This document shows positions 1 to 9,808 of a stretch of 64,000 nucleotides of DNA, piece after piece. The notes beneath the pieces are model-generated. The model did no database searches. It saw only the letters and a list, made by a program, of their open reading frames with translations, and was not told the origin of the DNA. Position 1 is the first letter of the stretch. The number at the start of each line of letters is the position of its first letter. Origin of the DNA: Chrysochromulina tobinii (Eukaryota); assembly GCA_001275005.1 (NCBI GenBank), contig JWZX01003203.1, positions 1-64,000 on the forward strand, written 5' to 3'. The position numbers and the translations under genes were made by a program.

Positions 1-1323
1 GATGGTGGCCGAGAAGCCGGCCGAGCTGCCCGATGAGTGGTTTCGGCGGTGGCTCTTCCCTTTTTGGGAGAGCAGCCCTGTGGGGAGGTCGTGATGCGTC
101 TTGCCACGTGAAAGGCGGGCAGTTCCCTTGAGGAGAGTCATCGAGCCCTCGTCCTCGTCCGGCTCGTCCACAACCTCGGGGGTGGCCGCGCCGGCCGCAC
201 CGGCCACACCGGCAGGAGGATTCCCGGATGACGCCGTCGTTGGCTGGTCTCCACTGGACGGCTGTCGGCGGTGAGAGGCGACGGCTTCGTCACTGGGCCG
301 CCTGTGCTCCGCCTCCCTGCCGCCCAGTGACGACACCTCTCTGCCGCGAGGGGTGGTCGGGTTCGAACGCGAGGTGCGCGCGCCACCTGCGACGGCAAAG
401 TCGGGCGGCGGCAGGCCCGGCATCGTGCCTCCGACGGGGCCCCGTGGTGGCGAGGAAGGCCAACCCCCCGCTGAGCCGCCCGGTAAGCTTACCGGTACAG
501 CGAGTGGAATCACGGGCGGTCGGTTCAAGGCGAGGCGAGGCACGCCGACGCCCCCGGCTGGCACGCCTCCAGGCAACACGCCACTGGCCGCGCCGGCGGG
601 GCTCGTCGGCTGTCCACCCGTCAGCTGTCCACCACACGACCAACAAAAGCGGGCACCTGCAACGATCGGCGCGTTGCAGTGGGGGCACGCACACCCGACG
701 GGCAAAGTCGCGGGCGACATCGGGCTGGTGCCAGGCGGTGGCGCGGGCACCGCCGTCGGCTGCTGCGGAGCCGCCGCCGACTCGGGCAGCGGCCAGGGCA
801 ACGACGACGAGAACACGTCGTCGTCACTCGTGGCGCCGCTGCCGCCGCCGCCGCCGCCGCCGTCGCTGCCCACCGCCGTCGCTGGCCACGACGTGGGCGC
901 GAATGCGGGCGTGGCGGCCGAGAGGCGGAGCGGCGGCACTTGCGGTGGAGAGCCTGGCGGCCGCAACGGCACCACCACCCGGCATGGCGACGAGGGCTTG
1001 TTGCATCGGCCTGCCGTGAAGCTCCCCGACCGCAAGGTCCGCAGAAGACTGTCCAGGTTGCCGTGCAGCTCGGCGCCGTTCGCTCGCGCAGCGGCCACCG
1101 CCGTGGCGGCCGTTGCCCCCTGCCCCAGTGCTTCAACAATCGCCTCCGGCGCCGGCGCCGCTGCTGCCGGTTGCCGCTGCTCCCCAGCGACATCTACCTC
1201 CTCGCCGTCGGCGTCTTCCTCGGCGTCGCCGTCGCTCGTGGGGAGCGCCGCATGGAGGCCACGCGCGAAGTCGAGCGGCGGGGTACCGAAGTTGTCAGCG
1301 TCGGCGGAATCCGGCTCTGGCAT
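1..1323 (-). CDS. Partial gene (runs off window start); low-complexity protein with a zinc-ribbon motif
   Basis: Absent from the ORF track because it has no stop in the window. ATG at 1323-1321 (MPEPDSADADNFGTPPLDF...); I read the frame to position 1 with no stop. Contains CPHCNAPIVAGARFCWSCG (CxxC...CxxC). Divergent from the proteasome gene. Confidence 0.6.
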   Translation of the reverse strand, partial: MPEPDSADADNFGTPPLDFARGLHAALPTSDGDAEEDADGEEVDVAGEQRQPAAAAPAPEAIVEALGQGATAATAVAAARANGAELHGNLDSLLRTLRSGSFTAGRCNKPSSPCRVVVPLRPPGSPPQVPPLRLSAATPAFAPTSWPATAVGSDGGGGGGGSGATSDDDVFSSSLPWPLPESAAAPQQPTAVPAPPPGTSPMSPATLPVGCACPHCNAPIVAGARFCWSCGGQLTGGQPTSPAGAASGVLPGGVPAGGVGVPRLALNRPPVIPLAVPVSLPGGSAGGWPSSPPRGPVGGTMPGLPPPDFAVAGGARTSRSNPTTPRGREVSSLGGREAEHRRPSDEAVASHRRQPSSGDQPTTASSGNPPAGVAGAAGAATPEVVDEPDEDEGSMTLLKGTARLSRGKTHHDLPTGLLSQKGKSHRRNHSSGSSAGFSATI

Positions 1324-1535
1324 CGCGCGATAGGGCGCCGCGAACCTTGACACGCTTGCGGCCGTCAAGAGACTGTCAAGAGAGGAATCGCGTACCGGTA
1401 GCACAAAAATGAAAGCCACAGGGACTTTATATTTTCTGACATTCTTTCGAGGAGGGACCGTTTGATGCGTGGGCGAACTTGGCCATTCGTTCACTTCAAC
1501 TTCACAGTGGCTCGGCACAGGGCCCTCGCCGAATA

Positions 1536-2445
1536 ATGGCTCGGGTTCGCGCCGCACGCCTCGCACAGCCTGCTCGCACTGCCTGCCCGTCGTCGCCTGA
1601 GCCTCTGACCCACTCTGCACACCTGCCCACTCCGCAGTACGACCGAGCGATCACTGTCTTCTCGCCCGATGGGCACCTCTTCCAAGTGGAGGTGCGATGC
1701 CGCCAGCGCAACGTGCCGGCCCCTCAGCATTGGTTGACCCGCTGTGCCCGTGCATTCGTGCGCACAGTACGCCATGGAGGCCGTGCGCAAGGGCACGACG
1801 GCGGTCGGCGTGCGCAGCCCGGACCACATTGTCTTTGCGGTCGAGCGCAAGTCGACGGCCAAGCTGCAGGACCCGCGCACGGTGCGCAAGATCCACAAGC
1901 TGGACGAGAACATCGTGCTCTCGTTTGCGGGCCTGACGGCCGACGCGCGCGTGCTCATCAACCGCGCGCGCATCGAGTGCCAGAGCTATCGGCTCACGTT
2001 TGAGGATGCGCCGACCGTCGAGCACATCGCCGAGTACGTCTCCGGCATCCAGCAGCGGTACACGCAGAGCGGCGGCGTGCGGCCGTTTGGTATCTCGACG
2101 CTCATCATGGGCTTCGACGCGGACGGCGAGCCACGCCTCTACCAGACCGAGCCCTCGGGCAACCACACCGCCTGGAAGGCGGTCGCGACCGGCCGAAACC
2201 AGAAGACCGTCAAGGAGTTCCTTGAGAAGAATTACAATGAGGAGACGGCGGTGGATGGCGTGAAGCTGGCGTGTCGCGCGCTGCTCGAGGTCGTCGAGGC
2301 GGGCGGCAAGAACATTGAGGTCGCCGTGCTCCGCAAGGGGCAGCCGTTGCGTATGCTGCCCGACGAGGAGGTCGAGGCGCTGTGCGAAGCCCTCGAGGCT
2401 GAGAAGAAGGCGGCGGAGGCGGCCGCCAAGGGCGGCAAAGACTAG
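1536..2445 (+). CDS. PSMA7: 20S proteasome subunit alpha-4 (PSMA7/PRE6 type); exons 1536-1544, 1638-1691, 1768-2445
   Basis: Spliced product [36 protein letters not shown]...[14 protein letters not shown] matches the alpha-4 signature; two GT-AG introns keep the frame. Confidence 0.95.
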
Positions 2446-2798
2446 CGGCGCACGTGCGAGCGAACGCCGGGACGGGCGCGCTCGCAGCAGGACAAGCGCG
2501 CTGGCGCCCCACACCCAGAGCGCGGGGTCTTTTACGTCGCGGATCCACACGCACCTTGGTCCGCCCTCGCCCCGCTCGGCCGCGGCCGCCCGGCGCCAAT
2601 TCTGCAGCGTGTGTGCACAGTCGACCCGGAGTCCGTGAGGGGGTCCCGGTCATCAATGTAATTTTCACAGCTGCGGACCGCGTGTTCACGCTGTGGACCA
2701 TTTTCGACGTCACATGGTACAAGTCAACCATTTCGACTTCGTGCGCGTGCAGTCGCGGACTGCTCCGCGAGCGCGGCTACGGCGGGCGGGCGGAGCAC

Positions 2799-3848
2799 AT
2801 GACGCTCCTCGATGGTTCGGGCTCCGATGGTGACGTGGAGTGCCGCGCGCTGCGCGGCCGTGGCCAGCCGAACGTCGAGGATGACTTGGCCGCGCTGCCG
2901 CCGCTTCCCGAGCAGGACCTCTGCCAGATGCGCGCCGAGGCGTCGTGCGGCAACTCGCTCGTGCTCTTCCTCATATTCCTCTTCGTCGCGCCGATGCAGG
3001 CCTATGCCAACACGCAGGCCAACCTCACGATGTTGCAGCGCGCCTGGATCTTTGCGATCTACGCAGAGGCGGCGACCGCCATCTTCTGCCTGCTCGGCCT
3101 GATGTGGGACGACCCGGGCACGATCAAGCGCACGGCCGAGAACTGCTTCCCGCTGCCCGACATCGTCGCCGAGAAACTCGCCAACGGCCAATCGCTCGAG
3201 TCCGTCGGCAACGTGACGGGCGAGGACGGGCGCGTCTTCTGCATCCGATGCCTCGTGTGGCGGCCTGACGACGGCGGGAATACGCACCACTGCTCGACAT
3301 GCCAGCGCTGCGTCTGCGAATTCGACCACCACTGCGGGGTGCGCGCCGCGCGAGCATCGCTTGCGCGGAACACTTGGCCGCCTCCCTACCGCCTCCCGAC
3401 GACGCGAGCGATCCAACGCCTCCCTCTTCCCCCTCATTGCATGCTGATTGCCTCCCTCATCATGGGGGGAATGGGCAGATGAGCGATCCAACGCCTCCCT
3501 CTTCCCCCCATCTGCCCACGCCGCGCTCGCCCCATGCTACGCCCCCGCGCCACCTTCGACGCCACCTATGCCTGTTTCCTTTCCCACATTTCCCACAGGT
3601 CTTCGGCCGGTGCATCGCGGGCGACGGCTGCGGCGGCAACATGGGGTACTTCAAAACTCTCATCTTGATGGGCGTCCTCGGCTGCGGTACGTGTGTCTCT
3701 TTGATGGTCGTCTCGAGCGCCTGGACTGCAGGAGGCCCTGCATGCAAGTGCTCACCACGGCGCCCTCCTCCCCACAGGTACGTGCGTCTCTTTCATGGTC
3801 GTCTCGAGCGCCCCCTCAGGGAGCTACCCGCGCCACCGAGTAGGCTAG
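2799..3848 (+). CDS. DHHC-type S-palmitoyltransferase; exons 2799-3338, 3599-3686, 3778-3848
   Basis: FCIRCLVWRP...HHCSTCQRCVCEFDHHCG|VFGRCIAG...GNMGYF is the DHHC Cys-rich domain split by intron 3339-3598; hydrophobic segments flank it. Start codon and last intron are inferred. Confidence 0.85.
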
Positions 3849-4591
3849 CATGTCTGCACCCGAGGCTAGCATGGCAGCATGTACTTCTGGGGGTCGAGAG
3901 AGTTCCCCGTCCTGGTGCAGAGCCACATGACACACTGTGCACCCGCACAACCTGCGCACTCCGCGGACCGCCCCCCGCACACGCTCTCACGGACCGGCGG
4001 TCGCTTGGCTGACGACTGCTCATTTGGGCTTTGGGGGGGGAGCACAAGCAGGCGGGCGGGGTCTCCACGGTAATCGCGGGGTCTCCACGGTCGCACGTCG
4101 TCTCGCTGGGTGCGTCCCTCGCGACCGCGCGCGCGCGGCGGCTGTTACCGGGACTGTGACCGCCGGCGGGTCCAAGCCGGACTGTGTGGTCTCGCCGTCA
4201 CGAACCCTACAGCTTATTTTGACTAGATCACGTGCTGCCCACAACGCGACCACAGCGCCGACCAACGAACGGAATAAACGCAGTCCCTTTGTGCAGTCCC
4301 CGGCTCGAAGACGCACGGGGACGCGCGCCGCCGGTCCCAGGCCCGCGACGGACGAGACGATACGTCGAACCACGAACGTGGCTGCCTCCTAGCATCTAGA
4401 CGTGCAACGTGAGAGTACACATGCGCGCCGGGCTCGCCCCTGTTGAGAATGCGCACCCTGTTCACATCCCTCAAACCCACAATGACGATCATGGCAGGAA
4501 TGGGCGAAGTGCTCATTCCTAATTGCCACATCTCCCGATCCCGCCTGTCCATGATTCGCACCACTCGATATGCTGCCACTTCCGTCGAAGT

Positions 4592-4992
4592 TTAGAGCTC
4601 CTTCTTCGCCTTGATCTTGGGGCCGACCACCTTGCAGATCTCTCTGCAGGGAAGCGAGGAGGGATACAAGGGGGGCGCGCGTGAGCAGTTCGTAGCGGTC
4701 GCAAGGTTGGGTTGGGAATCACGCTGCGCAGCGTACCCGTGGCCCTCGATCTTGTAGCCGCCGCCCGCACAGCACGTGGCGTCTGCGCAGCAAGATTCGA
4801 GAGCACAACAGAAATAAGCATCGGCCCAGTGCACGCTCGTACGGTGGCGCGGGCGCGTGCAAAGAGCGCGAGCGCACAGTTTAGCTCAGCGTAGTCCTCG
4901 GCGAGGCACGGGTCGGACTCCTTCGGCGCGGCCGACACGGCCGACACCGACAAGATCGCGACGACGAGGAAGAGCAACTTGGAGAGCAGCAT
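4592..4992 (-). CDS. 70-aa secretory-pathway Cys-containing peptide ending KKEL; exons 4992-4878, 4782-4737, 4643-4592
   Basis: Two GT-AG introns join in frame to give MLLSKLLFLVVAILSVSAVSAAPKESDPCLAEDYAELNYATCCAGGGYKIEGHGEICKVVGPKIKAKKEL*; signal-peptide-like N-terminus and KDEL-like C-terminus. Confidence 0.7.
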
Positions 4993-5297
4993 CGTCGGGA
5001 AAGTACAAGCGTCCGCTGCAGCAGTGTGTACCCTCTGTGACGTGGCGAAAATCCCCCAACCTTCAAACCGACTGCCGCCGGGAAGAGAGCCGCTGAGCTC
5101 GGCCCCGTGTAGAGTACATGTATCTTCAAACGCGCTTTGCGCCCCCCACGATGGGTCTCCACGGGACCTGTGGCTGTGCGTCTCGCCGTGATGGCCAATT
5201 AACGTGAACGTGAACTTCAAACAGAAGGTGAGCTAAGTTGCACCCACGATCTTACACGATCATTGACAGTGATCTCGCGCCGAAGGGGCCTCGCGCA

Positions 5298-5970
5298 ATG
5301 GGTGGTGGCGAGCTCATGGCCGCAACGGCCGCCAAGTCGGCGCTCAAGTGGCTCCTGTCGATCTTGACCGCGCCGCTCTGGTTCTTTGACCGCGTCGACA
5401 AAGAGGCCTTCATCCTCTCCTTGCCCTTGGGCTTCCGCAGGCGCATGCTCAAGGTCATGTTCTGGCCCACGCTCGCGTGGACGATCCTGCTGCACCGGGC
5501 GATGCCCGACCAGCGCCGATGGTACGACCGCGTGGACAGCCGCGTCATCATCGGCGCGCTGCCGCTCAGGCGCCACCTCGACACGCTCGCGCGCGTCGAG
5601 CACGTCACCGGCCTCATCAACTTTTGCGACGAGTGGGAGGGGCACGCCGACTACCCACGGCTGGGCATGCGCCAGCTGCGGCTGCCGACGCTCGACTACT
5701 GCGCGCCGACGACGCAGCAGCTCGAGGCGGGCCTCGACTTTATCCGCCGCCAGCCGCCCGGCGGCAGCGTCTACGTCCACTGCAAGGCAGGCCGCGGCCG
5801 CGCGGGCACGATGCTCATGGCGTATCTCATGGACGAGAACGGGTGGGCGCCAGCGGACGCACAGGCGAAGCTGTCGGCCGTCCGGCCGCACGTGAGCCCG
5901 CGCCTCTGGAAGCGCCCGTCCGTCCGCGAGCTCCACCGACGAGCACAGCAGCGCGCACTGATGGCAGCCC

Positions 5971-6016
<46 letters not shown>

Positions 6017-6245
6017 ACAACCGCCGCCGGGGCACATGGGCGGGTGGGTCATTCCTCCGAGAGGAGGACCGAGCATCCGGGGGGGGGGCGCCACTGGCGC
6101 GGGCGCGGGCGCGACGGCAAGGGCCAAGCGCGCTGGATGCCATCAATGGACCTCAAGTGGCCGCAGAACAAGCGTCCACCTGGCCCTTTCCCGATGCGCG
6201 CGCCGATGGGCGGCAGCATGGCACCACCGGGGATGGCGCCCATAG
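5298..6245 (+). CDS. PTPMT1: PTPMT1-like dual-specificity (phosphatidylglycerophosphate) phosphatase, followed by polyQ; may continue to 7186 through a frameshift
   Basis: WYDRVDSRVIIGALP, LPTLDYCAP and catalytic loop VYVHCKAGRGRA resemble PTPMT1 (VYVHCKAGRSRS). Confidence 0.8.
5972..6014 (+). repeat. (CAG)n microsatellite encoding polyglutamine
   Basis: Uninterrupted run of about 14 CAG codons in the phosphatase frame. Confidence 0.9.
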
Positions 6246-7186
6246 GCGCACCCGGCGGGGGCATGCTCCCCCAGCATGGAGCGCCGGGCGGCGCGTACAA
6301 CCCCGCGATGTTCCCCTACGATGCGACTGGAGGTTGCGGCCCTTACCAGGGCGGCAGCGGCCCTACTATGGGCAGCGGCCCTAATATGGGCAGCGGTCCG
6401 GCCGATCCGAATATGGGCATCTGTCCGCTTGGCACGCAGCCCACGGGCGCCATGCCGGGCGCCATGCCGGGCGCCATGCCGGGCGCCATGCCGGGCGCAA
6501 TGCCGGGCGCCATGCCGGGCACAATGCCGGGCGCCGGCCTGGCACCGCCGCCTGGGCCCTCGATGCCCATATTAGGACCGCCAGGGCCCATGCGCCCCGC
6601 CGGGGCCTATTCTCCGGGCGGCCCTAATATGGGCAACGGTCCTAATATGGGCAGCGGACCTAATATGGGCGCCTATTCTCCGGGAGGGCCGCAGCCGCTG
6701 CTCCACAGCAACCTCATGCTCGTGCAGAGCCCCGGCCCAACGGCTGCCAGCCCCGGCCCAACGGCTGCCAGCCCGAGTGGTACCAAGGCTCCGGCCAATA
6801 CCGGTCAACCGCTTAGGCCCGTCAAGATGACCGAACTCCTCCAGTCTGTGGTGGACCGGCTGATCAGCGCCGGCGACCAGGGCAAGTCGCTGACCGTTCT
6901 GGAGATCGCAGCTCGGTACAAGGGCGGCGAGGCCACCTACCAACAGGCGATGTTGACGATGACCGGCGTGGTGGGCAGGGAAATGCTGGTGCAGGAGGTG
7001 TGCCGGCTGTCCCAGATTTCGCACATCTCTGAGTTCACCTCAAGCACCGGCACATCCATGACGAGCACGGCGTCGCCGAGCGGGGGCGGCGCCGGTACGA
7101 CCTGCACGATGGGCGCGCCGACGACAGCCCCGATGGTGGCTTTGCGGAGCGACAGCGAGCAGCAGAGACCAGGGGCGGAAAGATGA
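6086..7186 (+). CDS. Pro/Gly/Met-rich region with C-terminal RST-like helical domain (either the phosphatase C-terminus after a frameshift or a separate gene)
   Basis: Frame of ORF 5477..7186 gives (GAMP)n, (GPNMGS)n and (SPGPTAA)2 repeats, then PVKMTELLQSVV...ARYKGGEATYQQAMLTMTGVVGREMLVQEVCRL, which resembles RST domains by eye only. Confidence 0.5.
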   Translation, partial: GRHWRGRGRDGKGQARWMPSMDLKWPQNKRPPGPFPMRAPMGGSMAPPGMAPIGAPGGGMLPQHGAPGGAYNPAMFPYDATGGCGPYQGGSGPTMGSGPNMGSGPADPNMGICPLGTQPTGAMPGAMPGAMPGAMPGAMPGAMPGTMPGAGLAPPPGPSMPILGPPGPMRPAGAYSPGGPNMGNGPNMGSGPNMGAYSPGGPQPLLHSNLMLVQSPGPTAASPGPTAASPSGTKAPANTGQPLRPVKMTELLQSVVDRLISAGDQGKSLTVLEIAARYKGGEATYQQAMLTMTGVVGREMLVQEVCRLSQISHISEFTSSTGTSMTSTASPSGGGAGTTCTMGAPTTAPMVALRSDSEQQRPGAER

Positions 7187-7447
7187 TCGTTCGACTGAGA
7201 TCTGCTTCGGCTTCTGCTTCGTGCTTCCGGAGCGCGGAGGCCGCCGCGCTGCTCCGGGGTTCATCCTTGTGCTCAGACTCCAGGCGAGTGTATAGGCTGT
7301 TTGAAATGTGGAAAACAAGTGGTTGCATACCCACGGAGAAGCCAGTCAGGAACGTACTACTACATCCGGGAAAAAAGCGCCGGCGTGGGCGAGCTCGCGA
7401 GATCTGGAGTGGCGAGCACTCCTCCCTCGTGGTTTTTTCCGTCTAGG

Positions 7448-7913
7448 ATGGTGGCTCGACTCACGCTGCTGCTCGCGCTGTGCTCGATGCTCCAAGCCAC
7501 CGTCGCGCTGACGGTCGCGCCGATGCGGGTATGCGCGGCCACGCGCGGGTCGGTCGCGATGGCTGAGGGCATGCGGTCAGGCGATAGCGTGAAGGTCATC
7601 TCCGGCGCCTCCAAGGTGTGTGCTATTGAGGCCCAATCTATGTGGCCCCGTCCACGATCGCCCAGCCCTATGCCGACCGCCCCGCCCCCTCGCAACGTTG
7701 TATCGCCAGGGTATGGTTGCGAAGCTGCTCATGCTTGACATGAAGAAGGGCAAGGCGATCGTTGAGGGCGTCAACATGCGCTCGAAGCACGTGAAGCCGA
7801 TGAAGGAGGGCGAGTCGGGCAGGATCCTGAAGAAGGAGTTCCCGATTGCGATCAGCAACATCAAGCTTGAGAGTGCCGCAGAAAAGGCCCCCGCGGCCGC
7901 ACCTGCGGCATAG
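7448..7913 (+). CDS. rpl24: Nuclear-encoded plastid-type 50S ribosomal protein L24 with bipartite targeting peptide; exons 7448-7615, 7710-7913
   Basis: GDSVKVISGASK|GMVAKLL...AIVEGVNMRSKHVKP...GRILKKEFPIAISNI is a bacterial-type uL24 KOW domain; N-terminal signal peptide plus Ala/Arg-rich transit-like segment. Confidence 0.9.
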
Positions 7914-8683
7914 GCGCTCGACGAGGCTCAAGACTACGATGAGCTGCATCCGGCGCGTCGGCGGCTCTGAGCCGCTGATGGAGCGCCCTCGACAGATAAT
8001 CACGTCCACGCGAGCAGCCCGGCCATTGCGGCCACTGCCTCGTGTAGTCTGTGCGGCTAGGCGAGGCGTCTGCCGCACGCCGGCGTGCGCCCTCTGGATG
8101 TGTTAACCCTGGTATGGTCGCGTACGCGCATGCGTTTTAGATGTCGTGTCCCGCGCGTGGTCGCGTCGTGTTTCTACTCGGGTTCGTCCCTCACGTCACG
8201 GCTGTTGTTCTGTCCTATGGATATGGCTTTATGCACACGAGCATGTGCTTCTTGACTGGGCCCTACGCCCCGCGCCGGCGAGACACTCAGCCCGCACGGC
8301 ACAGGAGGATGGTTGCACGCGTCGCCGTCGGCCACAAGCACGGAACAACCGAACGAAGTAACCGCGCGACGATGAACTCACCGTGTCGACGCGGAGGGCT
8401 CACACACGCGGCGGGGCCCGCCTCTTTAACTCGTAGCGTCGATATTTGGAGGCGACCGTACGCTCCAATCACACGGCCTGGAGGCGCTGGGCGTCGCCCC
8501 AGACCCGCGCCGGCCGCCGCGACCACACGGAGCGCGAGAGCGCTCAGGAGAGCGCTTTCGCCGTGCGCGGCTTCCGTCATCGTTGTTCATGCGCGCACGC
8601 CGTCGTGCGCGCCTAGCTCGCTCATTGCGGGAGTGTGGGTCTAGCTCGTCGTCGCTCGCCCTTGCGACGGCGCGCCCGCGCCA

Positions 8684-9643
8684 TCATGTCCTGTCATCGT
8701 GCTGCACCTCCTCCGGCGCCGCCAGCCGCGCCGTGAGAGTCCCGTCGAGAGGTACGGAGCCGCCCCGAATCTTTTCGTAGTAGGTCTTCCGGAGGGTGAC
8801 GTACGTGTAATTGCAGCCATCCTTGACCAGCCCGGGCAGCATCTTCCAGTACTGGATCTGTGGGAACGCCGTGAGCCCCGGCTTCTTGCCGACCAACTTG
8901 ACGTTGTAAATGCAGCCGCCCACCACATAGAGAAGGAAGAGCACCGGGAGCGTGATGAGGATGATCCAGCCGATGGACATCGGCTTGACCCACAGCACGC
9001 CGCACGCGGCCGCGCCCGAGAAGGTGATCACGTATTGAAGGCTACCTTGGTCCTGGCCCTGGACGGTGGGATTGCCCGGGGCGCACGTGTAGATGATGTC
9101 GACTCTGCGCTCGAGGGACTTATCTGCGTCGCCGTGCACGAAACCGCACAAGAGCCCAAACTTGCCCGCTGTCTCCGTGAGCGTGCAATTGTCCCAATTG
9201 AATTCGCCGAGCGACGCGCAGTCATCCGAGAAATGGCCGGGCGGCTCGGGCGGGCCAAAGTACTGTACCGCGGCGGAGGTCGATTTCTGTCTACATGTGA
9301 CCGCAGTCAACGCCATGCATGGCATCGTGTAGAAGCTATCTCCCGCGGGTACGTACGGGCCGTTACCGTTTTCCTGCTGCAGCTTGGTCTGGAACGGAGT
9401 TAGGTCGAACTGGTAGATGGGCAGGTCGCCGCCAGGCGGTCCGTCGCACTCGACGTTGCATGGCTTGCTCAGGTCGAGCGGCTTGCAGTAGCGCGGGGTT
9501 CCAGCGGGTGGCACGGGGGGCTCGCTGGCGCCCACGGACGCGGCCGAGCATAGCAGGAGCAGGTACTGAAGCGGCGCGGGCGCACGCGCGAGCGAGCTCG
9601 GCGGCGCGCGCATCCTCGGTAGTCCCGATGGCGTCCCTTTCAT
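8684..9643 (-). CDS. Mannose-6-phosphate receptor / ATG27-like type I membrane protein
   Basis: Signal peptide, Cys-spaced luminal domain, TM segment (IGWIILITLPVLFLLYVVGGCIYN) and the family-typical tail FPQIQYWKMLPGLVKDG. Confidence 0.8.
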   Translation of the reverse strand: MKGTPSGLPRMRAPPSSLARAPAPLQYLLLLCSAASVGASEPPVPPAGTPRYCKPLDLSKPCNVECDGPPGGDLPIYQFDLTPFQTKLQQENGNGPYVPAGDSFYTMPCMALTAVTCRQKSTSAAVQYFGPPEPPGHFSDDCASLGEFNWDNCTLTETAGKFGLLCGFVHGDADKSLERRVDIIYTCAPGNPTVQGQDQGSLQYVITFSGAAACGVLWVKPMSIGWIILITLPVLFLLYVVGGCIYNVKLVGKKPGLTAFPQIQYWKMLPGLVKDGCNYTYVTLRKTYYEKIRGGSVPLDGTLTARLAAPEEVQHDDRT

Positions 9644-9808
9644 CGCATGCGCCCGTCTCAGCGGACGAATTATCGTGCCATTACAGAGCCTTTACTGCCT
9701 ACTTCGGAAGATCCTGAGTCACGTTACATGTATCCAACGTCCCTCGTAGAGAGGCAGGAGCCAAAGTACAAACGGCGCCGTTCGGGGCGCTTGACGTTTG
9801 TTTTACTC

